Assembly (NCBI GenBank): GCA_951813855.1
Contig: OX638380.1
Coordinates: 3,934,518-3,998,517, forward strand
Length of the DNA: 64,000 nucleotides
Direction of reading: 5' to 3'
From: an uncultured Verrucomicrobiae bacterium
GTDB lineage: Bacteria > Verrucomicrobiota > Verrucomicrobiia > Limisphaerales > AAA164-E04
Each line of letters starts with the position of its first letter. The first letter of the stretch is position 1. The translations under genes and the position numbers were made by a program. Below the pieces are notes generated by a model. The model worked only from the letters and a program-made list of their open reading frames with translations, made no database searches and was not told where the DNA came from. Shown here piece after piece: positions 26,742 through 36,874 of this stretch.

Positions 26742-29009
26742 ATGAGTTTCGATTGGAAGCAAAAGGTCTGGTTGGCGCCGCTAACCGCGATGTTGGCCAT
26801 AACCTTGGTCGGTTGGTGGTGTAAAACGGAGGTCAAAGGGTCCATCGAACAACATTTGATCATCCATTTGCAGGCGATCCTCAAATCCAAGATCACCTCG
26901 TTGCGGATCTGGATCGACAACCAAATGCGGCTCGTCGAGATATTGGCTTCCGAAGAAAGGACCCGTTCGCTGATTTGGGCCGTGGTCGCCCAAGCGAAAC
27001 AGGACGGAGCGACCGGGGAGATCCTGAGAGCCAGCCAGGAGAGTCGGGAACTCAGGGAAAATCTTTTGTCTCGATTGCGAACCGAAGGGTTGGAATTCGT
27101 GGTGACCGACGCCGAGGGAGCGATTATCGCTTCGCCGAACGACGGCCGGTTGGGGGAGCGGCTGAATGATTCGGTATTGGAAAAGTTCCAAAGCATTTTC
27201 GACACCGGAAAATCCGTGTTGCTGACGCCGTATCAACGAGCTCGACCGGAGGGCGGGCGCTCGCGGACTCCGGGGAGCGGGCGCGCTGGCCCCGGCCGGA
27301 ATCGCGAAGAACCGCGGAATTTCCGGCCGCCGCCCGATCGCTCGGGGCCAGGCGAAGGCCGGAGGAATTCAGGCCCGCGATCGGGGGGCGGGCGATTCGG
27401 GCCCCCGGGACGGGAACGGCGGAGCCGAACCATCATGGCCGTGGCCGCTCCGGTACGTTCGGTGGAAGGAGAGATCGTCGCTGTCATCGGATTGATGATC
27501 CGGCCGGAACAGGAATTCAGCCGGATTCTTTCGGTAGGTTACGACGGACAATCGGGAGAAACGTTCGCTTTCGACAGCAACGGAGTCATGCTCTCGCGCA
27601 GCCGGTTCGAAGCGGAATTGCGCGTCGCCGGCCGGTTGGAGGCCAATCAGACTTCGGCCCTGTTTTTGGAACTGCGCGATCCCGGCGGCGACCTGACCCG
27701 GGGGCATCGACCTTCGACCGGCCCGGAAACGTGGCCGCTTACCCGGTTGGTCAGCGAAGCCGTGGCGGGGAACGACGGGGTCGATATCGAGGGATTTCGA
27801 GATTACCGGGGCGTGCCGGTGGTGGGCACTTGGCATTGGTTGGATGATTACGAGTTCGGCATCGGAACGAAGGTGGAAAAGAAAGTCGCCTTCGAAACCC
27901 TCAGGGCCCTCAACCTGGTCTTCTTCATCCTGTTGCTGCTCGCCATGCTGTGCGGCGTCGGGATGTTTCTGTTTTCGGGGTTGAGTCTTTCGCTGCGCCG
28001 CAGGATGGAAGCGGCCAACCGGGAGGTGAAAAAACTGGGGCAATACACGTTGACGGAAAAGATCAGCGAAGGGGGAATGGGAACCGTTTACCGAGCTTCC
28101 CATGCGTTGTTGCGCCGGGATACGGCCATCAAGTTGCTGCCGCCGGACCAAGCCGACGCCAAGGCAATCAAGCGGTTCGAGCAAGAAGTGCAACAAACTA
28201 GCCGCTTGGTGCATCCTAATACCATTCAGGTCTTCGATTACGGTCATACCCCGGATGGAATTTTCTATTATTCCATGGAATATTTGGACGGCATCAACTT
28301 GCGTGATTTGGTCGCTCGGGACGGTCGATTGTCCGAGGCCCGAGTCATCTATATCCTCCAGCAGGTTTGCGGTTCGTTGGCCGAAGCCCACGAGGCGGGA
28401 TTGGTGCATCGTGATATCAAGCCGGCGAACGTGATCCTGTGCGACTTGGGGGGCATGACCGATATGGTCAAGGTCCTGGATTTCGGGTTGGTCAAATCCT
28501 ACCGCGACTTCAATGACGACATGATGGAACGGACCGAGACGATCACCATTTCCGGTTCGCCTCATTTTATTTCGCCCGAGGCGGTTTCGTGTCCCGATCA
28601 AGTGGACCATCGCAGCGACATTTATTCCGTAGGCGCTCTGGGATATTATTTGCTGACCGGTGCCTACGTGTTTGAAGGCATGACGACGTTCGAGGTGTTC
28701 CGGAAACATACTACCGAGGTGCCTGTGCCGCCTAGCCGGCGCGTGGATTCGGAGCTCGAACCGGAATTGGAAACCGCGATCCTCCGGTGTTTGAATAAGG
28801 AGCCGGAGCGGCGGTTCGACTCCGTGACCGAGTTGCTGACGGCCTTGCGCCGTTCGCCCGCCGCTCGGCAATGGACGGAAGAGCAGCGAAGGAGTTGGTG
28901 GGCCGACTATCGCCGCCGCCGGCCGGAGCGGGTTCCTGAAATTCCCGCCGGAGTTTCGGAGGAGACCCTGCAGATTAATTTGAGCGGCCGGACTCAAACC
29001 GCCTGTTGA
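26742..29009 (+). CDS. membrane Ser/Thr protein kinase with a periplasmic Cache-like sensor
   Basis: Two TM segments flank a ~360-aa sensor. Kinase motifs are GGMGTVYRA...AIKLL, HRDIKPANVIL and DFGL. There is a 65-aa Arg/Gly/Pro-rich insert at residues ~166-230. Confidence 0.9.
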   Translation: MSFDWKQKVWLAPLTAMLAITLVGWWCKTEVKGSIEQHLIIHLQAILKSKITSLRIWIDNQMRLVEILASEERTRSLIWAVVAQAKQDGATGEILRASQESRELRENLLSRLRTEGLEFVVTDAEGAIIASPNDGRLGERLNDSVLEKFQSIFDTGKSVLLTPYQRARPEGGRSRTPGSGRAGPGRNREEPRNFRPPPDRSGPGEGRRNSGPRSGGGRFGPPGRERRSRTIMAVAAPVRSVEGEIVAVIGLMIRPEQEFSRILSVGYDGQSGETFAFDSNGVMLSRSRFEAELRVAGRLEANQTSALFLELRDPGGDLTRGHRPSTGPETWPLTRLVSEAVAGNDGVDIEGFRDYRGVPVVGTWHWLDDYEFGIGTKVEKKVAFETLRALNLVFFILLLLAMLCGVGMFLFSGLSLSLRRRMEAANREVKKLGQYTLTEKISEGGMGTVYRASHALLRRDTAIKLLPPDQADAKAIKRFEQEVQQTSRLVHPNTIQVFDYGHTPDGIFYYSMEYLDGINLRDLVARDGRLSEARVIYILQQVCGSLAEAHEAGLVHRDIKPANVILCDLGGMTDMVKVLDFGLVKSYRDFNDDMMERTETITISGSPHFISPEAVSCPDQVDHRSDIYSVGALGYYLLTGAYVFEGMTTFEVFRKHTTEVPVPPSRRVDSELEPELETAILRCLNKEPERRFDSVTELLTALRRSPAARQWTEEQRRSWWADYRRRRPERVPEIPAGVSEETLQINLSGRTQTAC

Positions 29010-29087
29010 CTCTCGAGTATTTCGAACTCGCTCCCAGGCGGCCGACCGGTTAGATTCCAGCCTCGTTCACCCCAACCAAGGTTTTCG

Positions 29088-32000
29088 ATGACGATTCGAA
29101 CGATATCATTCTGTTTGTCGCTTTCGGTCTGGATGACGGGCGCCGTGATCGGAGAACCGATTCGGGTTCTGTTTCTCGGTCATCAAAGCGAGCATCATAA
29201 TTCCAATCGGTATTTTCCGATTCTCCAGCGGGAACTAGGACCGGACGCCATCTGGTTCGATTACGTCACTTCCGTGGCGGAGGCTTTTGACGATGCGGAG
29301 CGCTTGGGCCGTTTCGACGCCGTTTTGCTGTACGCCAATCACGCGACGATCACCCCGGAGCAATGGAGCAATCTATTGTCGTTCGTCGAGAACGGGGGAG
29401 GGTTTGTCCCCGTGCATTGCGCCAGTTGGTGCTTCGCCAACGAGCCGGGATTCGATCAATTGGTCGGAGCGAGATTCCAGAGTCACGGAGGGCGGGTGTT
29501 CCGGCCGCGCACTGTTAAACCCGATCATCCGGCCATCAGGGACGTGGCGGCGTTGGAAGCCTGGGACGAAACCTATTATCATGTCCGGCATAATCCGGCC
29601 GGTCGTACCGTACTCCAAGTGCGCGATGCCGATCCGGGCGATCCCCATACCGAACCCGAACCGTGGACCTGGGTGCGAACCCAAGGCAAGGGGAGAGTGT
29701 TTTATACCGCCTCCGGTCACGATCAGCGAGTTTGGAACCTGCCCGAATTCCACGCGTTACTTAAAAAGGGGATCCTTTGGGCGGTCGGAGACGAACGCCG
29801 GGCCGAATACGAGGAGTATTTGGCGAACCGGGCGCCGTTGCGTTACGAAGCTCGAGGGGACATTCCCAATTACGAACGCCGGCCGGAACCGTTGCCTTAT
29901 CAACTGCCGCTTAGCCCTCAAGAGAGCCAACAACATATCCGGGTGCCGTCGGGTTTCCGGTTGGAACTCTTCGCCGGCGAGCCGGACATTATCAATCCGA
30001 TCGGTTTAAGTTGGGATGAGCGTGGCCGGTTATGGGTGGCGGAAACGGTCGATTATCCGAACGAGATCACGAAAAACCGGCAGGGCAAAGATCGGATCAA
30101 GATCTTGGAGGATACCAACGGCGACGGCCGTTGCGATAAAGTGACCATCTTCGCCGACGGACTAAACATCCCGACATCGCTGGTCCACGTCAACGGCGGG
30201 GTGATCGTCGCCCATGCCCCGGAGATATTGTTTTTCAAAGACCTGGACGGCGACGACCGGGCTGACGTGCGGCAGACGCTCAACACCGGCTGGGGCATCG
30301 GCGATACGCATGCGGGTCCGTCCAATCTGCGCTACGGGTTTGATAATCGAATTTGGGGAGCCGTGGGTTATTCCGGTTATTCCGGCGAGCGGGATTCGGA
30401 GCGTTACCGATTCGGCTCGGGTATCTTCCGCATGGCTCCGGACGGGAGCGACGTCACCTTCTTGTATCAGTTCAACAACAACACTTGGGGATTGGGATTT
30501 AACGCCGCTGGGGACGTGTTCGGTTCGACGGCCAACAACAATCCGAGTTTCTATGGCGGCTATCCTGCGACCGGCTATCATGAGTCCCGGGGGATGACGG
30601 CGATGATGATCGCCGATACCGCCGCCTTTCATCCGCTGACGCCGAATATCCGACAGGTCGACGCTTTCGGCAATTACACCGCCGGGGCCGGCCACGCCTT
30701 GGCCACGTCCGACGCCTTTCCGCCGTCTTGGCGCGATACAATGGCTTTCGTTTGCGGCCCGACCGGACATTTATTGGGAGGTTATCAGATGGTGCCGGAG
30801 GGTTCCGGGTACCGAGCCCAGAACGCCTTTTCGTTAGTTGCCAGTACGGACGAATGGTTTTCTCCGGTGGCCGCCGAGGTGGGACCGGACGGGCATCTCT
30901 GGATCGCGGATTGGTATAATTTCATCATTCAGCATAATCCGACGCCCTCGGCGGGCCGTGGAGGATACGACGCCCAGCGCGGCGTCGGCAACGCGCATAT
31001 CAATCCTAATCGCGACCGGCAACACGGCCGCATTTACCGGCTGGTCTGGGACCGAGCTCCCGCGTCGAGAATTTCCTCGTTGGCGGACGCCGGTTCGGCC
31101 GCTTTGGTGGCGGCTCTTTCGGACGCCAATTTATTCTGGCGTTTGACGGCGCAACGCTTGTTGGCGGAATCCTCACCCGAGGCGGCGGTTCCGGCGCTTC
31201 GCCGGGAAGTCGTGGCCGGGGAGACTGCGTCCATCCATGCGTTATGGGCGTTGCACACCATGGGACGGTTGGATACTCCGGTGCACCAGGCGGCATTGCT
31301 AAGTCAAAATCCTGCCTTGCGCCGTAACGCTATCCGGGCACTCGGCACGCACGAGGATGCCGGCCAATTGCTGTTCGATACCGCCGTTATCGCCGATGCG
31401 GATTTGACCGTGCGGCGGGAAGCTTTCGTCAGTTTGGCCCATATGGATTGGGAAGATCCTGAGATCGTGCATCGGGTCGTCAGCCGTTCCTTTTTGGAAA
31501 CGGTCAATCGCGAAGATCCTTGGATCTCGTTGGCCTTGAAAACGCTGAGTCAACGTTACGGCATCGCTATGGGGAAACGGTCATTGGGAGAGAATCTGTT
31601 ACCGAATCCTTCTTTCGAGGTAGGTCCGGAGAACGCGCCGGACGGTTGGCAAACGCAGATTTACGGCTCCCGGGGCGAGACGGAGTTTACGGTGGCCGGG
31701 GCCGAGCCGTTCCGTAAGAGCGGGAAACGCGCTGTGAAGATCGCCGCGGCGCAAGGAGCCGATGCGGGGTGGCGAACGACTGTTGACGTTAACCCGCAAG
31801 CCGAATACCGATTATCCGGTTGGATCATGACTCGGGGAGTCAATGGTGCCATGGGAGCTTTATTGAATGTTCATTCGATGGAAGGGGCTTTAACCAAGGC
31901 GTTGCAAAACGATAACGATTGGACGGAAGTCGAAATTTATTTTCGGAACGATGATCGCCGCCGTATCATCGTCAACGGTCTCTTCGGAGGGTGGGGCGTC

Positions 32001-32414
32001 TCCACGGGAGAAGCCTGGTTCGACGACTTGTCGCTCCAAGAGGTCGTGTATTCCGCTGGCGCGGAAGAGGAGGAACTCGAGCCGGGAGATGTCGCCCGTG
32101 GCCGGACGATCTTCACGGAAAATCCGGTGGCTTCCTGTATCCGTTGCCATCGGGTCGGAGGCGAAGGCGGTACGGTAGGTCCGGTGCTGGACGGCATAGC
32201 CGTGCGCAAGCAATTGGATTATCTGCGGCAAAGCCTGTTGGAGCCGCAAGCGGTGCTCGCCGAGGGTTACACCTCCGAGATTTCGCCGATGCCGCCGTTC
32301 GGAGTGTTGCTCGAACCGCAGGAGATCGAAGACGTGCTGGCCTTTTTAAATTCGCTCAAAACTCCCCCGAAAGAGGGCGACGTGCCGCCGCCGGTTCCGA
32401 TCCTGTTCGAATAG
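29088..32414 (+). CDS. ThuA-domain / membrane-bound-dehydrogenase-domain / HEAT-repeat / cytochrome c fusion protein
   Basis: Has a signal peptide and a ThuA-like N-terminus (IRVLFLGHQSEHHNS). Then come a beta-propeller-like middle, HEAT-like repeats, a carbohydrate-binding-like module, and a C-terminal CIRCH heme site. This architecture is typical of the PVC group. Confidence 0.85.
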   Translation: MTIRTISFCLSLSVWMTGAVIGEPIRVLFLGHQSEHHNSNRYFPILQRELGPDAIWFDYVTSVAEAFDDAERLGRFDAVLLYANHATITPEQWSNLLSFVENGGGFVPVHCASWCFANEPGFDQLVGARFQSHGGRVFRPRTVKPDHPAIRDVAALEAWDETYYHVRHNPAGRTVLQVRDADPGDPHTEPEPWTWVRTQGKGRVFYTASGHDQRVWNLPEFHALLKKGILWAVGDERRAEYEEYLANRAPLRYEARGDIPNYERRPEPLPYQLPLSPQESQQHIRVPSGFRLELFAGEPDIINPIGLSWDERGRLWVAETVDYPNEITKNRQGKDRIKILEDTNGDGRCDKVTIFADGLNIPTSLVHVNGGVIVAHAPEILFFKDLDGDDRADVRQTLNTGWGIGDTHAGPSNLRYGFDNRIWGAVGYSGYSGERDSERYRFGSGIFRMAPDGSDVTFLYQFNNNTWGLGFNAAGDVFGSTANNNPSFYGGYPATGYHESRGMTAMMIADTAAFHPLTPNIRQVDAFGNYTAGAGHALATSDAFPPSWRDTMAFVCGPTGHLLGGYQMVPEGSGYRAQNAFSLVASTDEWFSPVAAEVGPDGHLWIADWYNFIIQHNPTPSAGRGGYDAQRGVGNAHINPNRDRQHGRIYRLVWDRAPASRISSLADAGSAALVAALSDANLFWRLTAQRLLAESSPEAAVPALRREVVAGETASIHALWALHTMGRLDTPVHQAALLSQNPALRRNAIRALGTHEDAGQLLFDTAVIADADLTVRREAFVSLAHMDWEDPEIVHRVVSRSFLETVNREDPWISLALKTLSQRYGIAMGKRSLGENLLPNPSFEVGPENAPDGWQTQIYGSRGETEFTVAGAEPFRKSGKRAVKIAAAQGADAGWRTTVDVNPQAEYRLSGWIMTRGVNGAMGALLNVHSMEGALTKALQNDNDWTEVEIYFRNDDRRRIIVNGLFGGWGVSTGEAWFDDLSLQEVVYSAGAEEEELEPGDVARGRTIFTENPVASCIRCHRVGGEGGTVGPVLDGIAVRKQLDYLRQSLLEPQAVLAEGYTSEISPMPPFGVLLEPQEIEDVLAFLNSLKTPPKEGDVPPPVPILFE

Positions 32415-32749
32415 TCGCCGAGGTTTCCGGGGCGGAATCCGGTCGCCCCTCGATTGCCGGAGAACCGGAACGGACGATCCGTTTTCGGGCGGCGCTTCCC
32501 GCTTTGACGGTAATCTGAGGCCGCTCCGGGGAAGTCGGAACCTGAGCGGATTCGGTCCAAGAAGTTCCGACGGGCAGGTTGGGGGGATAATCGCCGTTCG
32601 ATACCTTGGTTCTCTTGAGGGCGGCCGTTCCGACCTTGATAAGCGGTACTTGCCTATTGTTAGCCGCGGGGGATAGTATCGGCGGCGTTATGCCGGACGA
32701 CCAGATCGACAAACCCTCGGCGGGATCCGAGTTTTGTGACGGCACCAGA

Positions 32750-33150
32750 TATATCGGGGACGATGTCTCGATCGTTATAAGTCAGGGGATAGTCACTTGT
32801 TTTCTTTACGGTGCCCCTTTTTTCGCTACGAGGAGGACGATCGGGTCGCTTGGCGCTGGGTCTTGGGCCATCTAGCCAATGGCAAATTTGCGACCCAGAG
32901 TCAGATCGCTGAAGGATTTGGGGTTCATCGCAATACGGTTTCAAACGCTTTGGGGTTTTACCGGGAACACGGCGGAGTCATGAAGCGGCTTCCGAGTTAA
33001 CCGAGGAAATTGGAGGCTATCGATAACGCGACTTGCCTGCGGCTCGGCCAATCGCTCGGGGAGGGCCGGTCCCTCAGGAGCGAGGCGGCAGAATGTCAGG
33101 TTAATTATGAATCCGTGCGGTGCTGTCTTAGGGCGGACGAATTATCGTCG
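32750..33150 (+). pseudogene. N-terminal remnant of a transposase related to the 36875..37981 ORF
   Basis: ISQGIVTCF...RVAWRWVLGHLANGKFATQSQIAEGFGVHRNTVSNALGFYREHG aligns with SSQDGMTCYF...RRLIIGMLHVMNKISQKRLTEVFGVHRNTVSSTSAQFRAKG of the full IS. It has one frameshift near the T-run at ~32820 and an in-frame TAA at 32998, and the rest is missing. Confidence 0.6.
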
Positions 33151-33636
33151 TTCCTCAGAAGAACTAGGCGGGCGGCGATTGAATTCGCTCAGTCAAACTT
33201 TCACGAAAACTGGAAAAGGGTCTGGGATCGGACCGATCGAAATCGAAGCGGTCGCGGTGCCATGACAGGCAGGGGAACCTTCGATGATGGCGACCGTTAG
33301 GCCGACTGTGACGGATCTGGATTCGGCGATTAAATCCGAGGGAAGCCAAGCGTACCTGTCGCGATATCTTGGGTGAAGGGCGACGGCGTTTAGCGTTCGA
33401 ATTCGCCCCGCGCTGCGAGCTAGAGTCGTTCGCAGAGAATCGAAGCGAGGTCGGTGAGTTTGGGGGAGCCGACGCTCAGCTCCATAATCCGGGCCGGTGA
33501 CTTATCGGTGCCGAGACTAAGCGGTTGTTCGGTCTCGACTGAGCAGTGGAGGCTGCGACGATCTGATTCGTCGACCTACCTTGGTATTGATATTGATTTG
33601 AATCGGGGTTAGAATCTGGCCTGTTAGATATGTGTT

Positions 33637-34896
33637 ATGCCTAAAAAACAGAAAATAGCAGAAGGCCTTGACCGTGAGTTGGTGGATAAGTTTGCCGTAC
33701 CATGGGAGCGACAAGACCCGGAAGTGTTCGTGGGACGATCGGAGGAACTCGAGATCGTAGAACTGAATTGCCGGCGAGCGGTTGAACTTTGTCGAGAAGG
33801 TAAAAAAACGGCGGGCCATACCATTGTTTTTCAGGGTGCACCGGGGGCGGGGAAGTCGATGCTGTTATCGCAGCTAGTCAAGCTTTGGGAAGGAAAAGAG
33901 GAGTATCCGCAGTTCTTACCGGTGAGTGCGGCAGTTTTGAGGGATGATACCAAACTCGCCTTGGAAATCATAAAAAAAATCGCCCCGGGTGAGGAGAAGC
34001 GATTCCGTCAGAATATCATCGCCACCGGCACAACGTCTGGAAGTATCCCAGGGATCGCCTCTGAAGAAGTCTCTGCTACCAGGGAGACTAAAGCGGAAGT
34101 GGCTTTCTTTGCCGTCTTGAAGGACTTAATGCCGCCAGCGGAATGGAACCGATCGCTGTGCATCCTGGTAGACGAAATCCAAAACATCGGGGAGGATCAC
34201 CGGAACTGTCTCGAACTACTCCATCTCGGGGAGCACGGTTTGCCGATCGTCCCTATTTATGCTGGATTGGCCGATTCTGTTTCCGCACTCGCGAAAGCCG
34301 GAGTCTCGCGGTTGCTAATTGATAACGTACGTACCATCGGAGCTTTAGGGTTGGAGGAATGCGGTGCTTATGTGAAGCAGATGCTCGGCCTCTGTCGGAT
34401 TCCGGTGACTTCCGATGAATTGAATGAGCTGGCCGCTGGGATCGCGAAGAGCTCGGAAGGATGGCCGCAGCACCTCATCACCGAGACCGCAGCCTTGTTT
34501 TGGGGGATCAAACGAGCGGATTACGTTTGGGCCGGGGTGGATTTTTCGGCGGTCGAAAAACGTGCCGCCATTTACCGGGAAGATAGTTATCGGTCCCGGC
34601 GAAGTAAGGAAATGAAAGACCAAAGATGTTTGGTTGCGGCGGTGATGGCCGCTGTGCCGGCCATCGGGATGTATCAAGATGTCATTCATGAAATTATTGA
34701 ACGAACGGCCCGTTCCGATTCCCCGTCATGGCGGTTACCCAAGGGAATGGATTCCGAAATGTTTCTGACTCATTTGCTTCATCAGGGGGCATTGCAACCG
34801 GACAGGAGTGACAAGTGGTCCTGCCCCATTCCCAGCTTGCGCACCTGGTTAATCGATCAGGCCCCAGAGGTGCAAAGCGAATCGCGGACGAGTTAG
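33637..34896 (+). CDS. P-loop NTPase (AAA_16/AAA_22-like; ExeA/TniB/Orc-like organisation), function unknown
   Basis: Shows FVGRSEELEIVELN, then Walker A GAPGAGKS, Walker B LCILVDEIQNIG, and a lid-like region (LGLEECGAYVKQML...SSEGWPQHLI). This is the intact copy of the paralogue pair. Confidence 0.8.
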   Translation: MPKKQKIAEGLDRELVDKFAVPWERQDPEVFVGRSEELEIVELNCRRAVELCREGKKTAGHTIVFQGAPGAGKSMLLSQLVKLWEGKEEYPQFLPVSAAVLRDDTKLALEIIKKIAPGEEKRFRQNIIATGTTSGSIPGIASEEVSATRETKAEVAFFAVLKDLMPPAEWNRSLCILVDEIQNIGEDHRNCLELLHLGEHGLPIVPIYAGLADSVSALAKAGVSRLLIDNVRTIGALGLEECGAYVKQMLGLCRIPVTSDELNELAAGIAKSSEGWPQHLITETAALFWGIKRADYVWAGVDFSAVEKRAAIYREDSYRSRRSKEMKDQRCLVAAVMAAVPAIGMYQDVIHEIIERTARSDSPSWRLPKGMDSEMFLTHLLHQGALQPDRSDKWSCPIPSLRTWLIDQAPEVQSESRTS

Positions 34897-35083
34897 CCGC
34901 CCGGAATCTGAAACTATTTGATCGTTTTTCGAGAGGCGGTGAGAGCCTGCGTCAGCGATAGCGTGCGCCATCAGTCGTCGGCAGATGATGGAAAGGGAAG
35001 ATGATGCCGAGCGTGCCCGTCACGATATCTTGATTGAAGAGCGGACGATATTTGGTATTCGAATTCGCTACCCCTGTGAGCGG

Positions 35084-35235
35084 TGTTATTTACCACATTA
35101 TATCGTGCGGTATTTTCCATATTAATCCGGGCGCTTTAGAAAGGGAGTTGTCGCTGAACCGATCGAAAGCTGAACGTGATCATGGCGGCGATAAAGGACT
35201 GCTTGGAAAAGAAAAATCGACTAGTTGACTAGGTT
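35084..35235 (+). repeat. copy A of a 152-bp direct repeat (orphan promoter and 5' end of the ATPase paralogue)
   Basis: About 90% identical by eye to 35557..35708. It ends in ATGGCGGCGATAAAGGACTGCTTGGAAAAGAAAAATCGACTAGTTGAC (MAAIKDCLEKKNRLVD), which aligns with KIAEGLDRELVD of the intact ATPase. Confidence 0.8.
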
Positions 35236-35556
35236 GAGGAAGGCGAATTAGAGCCGAGAGTTTTGCCTCATTAGGAGCTCGTTCCAATTTTTGGCTCCCT
35301 AGAGGTCTCAGGCGTTGGGCGTGCGGGTGGTTGGGGCCAGAAACGAGCGACGCGGCGAGCGCCATCATCCTCGGCCTCGAAGGCACCAAGGAGTCGTTTC
35401 AGGTTCCCCCGTTTGAGCCCATCGGGGAGGCATTGGGAAGGACCGGCGGGGGAGACGAAGCCGGTTCCGCCGGCGGGGTGAGGCGAAGATCGATTGACGG
35501 CTCACCAGAAGCTGCAGCGATGCTGACAAGAACCTCGGGCCATGGCTCGGAAGAGC

Positions 35557-35708
35557 TGTTATTTACCACATTATTTCGTCCGATATTTTCCATATTAATC
35601 CGGGCGCTTTGGAAAGGGAGTTGTCGCTAAATCGATAAAAAGCTGAAAGTGACCATGGCGGTGATAAAGGACTGCTTGGAAAAGAAAAATCGACTAGTTG
35701 ACTAAGTT
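35557..35708 (+). repeat. copy B of the 152-bp direct repeat; true 5' end of the disrupted ATPase paralogue
   Basis: It abuts the IS left end. Removing the IS and one TSD copy joins it to ...ATCCGTACCGTGGGAGCGG (SVPWERQ) at 38105. Confidence 0.8.
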
Positions 35709-35749
35709 CAGACTTCCTGACCTTGCTAAATTTGTTTTGTGCATTATTT

Positions 35750-36865
35750 TCAATTCGCGAGTTCGTAAATCATTCGAAGATCTGTCCCAGGATAAGTCGC
35801 GCCTAATCCATTCAATTCGGAAAATAATCCGTTGAGCGCTTGATCTAATCCAGTGCTGCCAAGCCCAAGAACTCGAACCCGTAATGACTTCGCTTGATCT
35901 TCAGGAATAATATTGGCTTTGGCCCGATATAAAGCTTGAAGCAGTTTGCGAGCGTTGCGCTTTTTTCCTTGAGCCAGGATAATCGGGCTCATCATTCGTA
36001 CTTCGGTTCGATAAGCCATCATCCGGATCGTATCATAGATTAATCGATCGACGGACGGCAAGGTTTGCAGTGGTTCTGATAACTGTCCATTTTTGACGTG
36101 CGTCGGGGTTGCTTCGAGCTTTGTTTTTAAGGTTTGCGCTTCGGATTCGGCTTGGGCTGATTCAGATTCATATTTCATTCGAACGTTTCTTGACAAAGCC
36201 GGTTCAGCCAATCGATTTCTGAGTCGGCCTGGCCGAAGCTTGGTCAGTTTCATTTCTTTGTTCAGTTGTCGAGCTTCGGGATTGACGACTCGGGCTTCAG
36301 GATCGATTTCTTCGAGACCCTGAGTGGTTAAGGAATCCAAATTAAATTCTTGTCGCATATATTTAAAGAAGTTTTCTTGAGACCACCTTGAAAACATTGC
36401 TCCAGCGACTTGGGGCCTCGACAGAGTCGGATGGGTAGTCACCATTGACAACTGCCTGCCATCTTCAAGCCGTCTTCTGATTTCCCTGACGTTCAGGCGT
36501 TTGGTTAGTGGCATGGTTTGTTCGGCCAACCACATTTTTCTCGTGAGAGTTTCCGCCGGGCCGTACCGGGGGACTTCGGTTTCCCGGAAGGCGGTTGCCG
36601 ACCAATCTTCGCTTTGCCGATTCTTGGTCCAAGTAATCACCGCGATGCCGGCTTTGGCTAGATTCTCAAATAATTTCGGAGACCATCCTTCGCGATCGAA
36701 TACTAAAGTAACCGAGGGATCAATCGAAGTGGTTCGGGTCAGGTCAGGACCCGGTTCTCCCACTTTCCCGTTCTGTCTCAATTCCGGGACGATCACTTGT
36801 TCGATCATTGCCACCATTTTGGGGTCGAGAGCTTGATGCAGGCACATCAAAGGACTGCCTCCCAA
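35750..36865 (-). CDS. transposase C-terminal part (putative DDE catalytic region)
   Basis: 371 aa in the same frame as the upstream ORF, with only TGA plus 3 codons between them. The listed start is TTG. It contains VTLVFDREGWSP. Confidence 0.75.
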   Translation of the reverse strand: MGGSPLMCLHQALDPKMVAMIEQVIVPELRQNGKVGEPGPDLTRTTSIDPSVTLVFDREGWSPKLFENLAKAGIAVITWTKNRQSEDWSATAFRETEVPRYGPAETLTRKMWLAEQTMPLTKRLNVREIRRRLEDGRQLSMVTTHPTLSRPQVAGAMFSRWSQENFFKYMRQEFNLDSLTTQGLEEIDPEARVVNPEARQLNKEMKLTKLRPGRLRNRLAEPALSRNVRMKYESESAQAESEAQTLKTKLEATPTHVKNGQLSEPLQTLPSVDRLIYDTIRMMAYRTEVRMMSPIILAQGKKRNARKLLQALYRAKANIIPEDQAKSLRVRVLGLGSTGLDQALNGLFSELNGLGATYPGTDLRMIYELAN

Positions 36866-36874
36866 GGCATCAAG

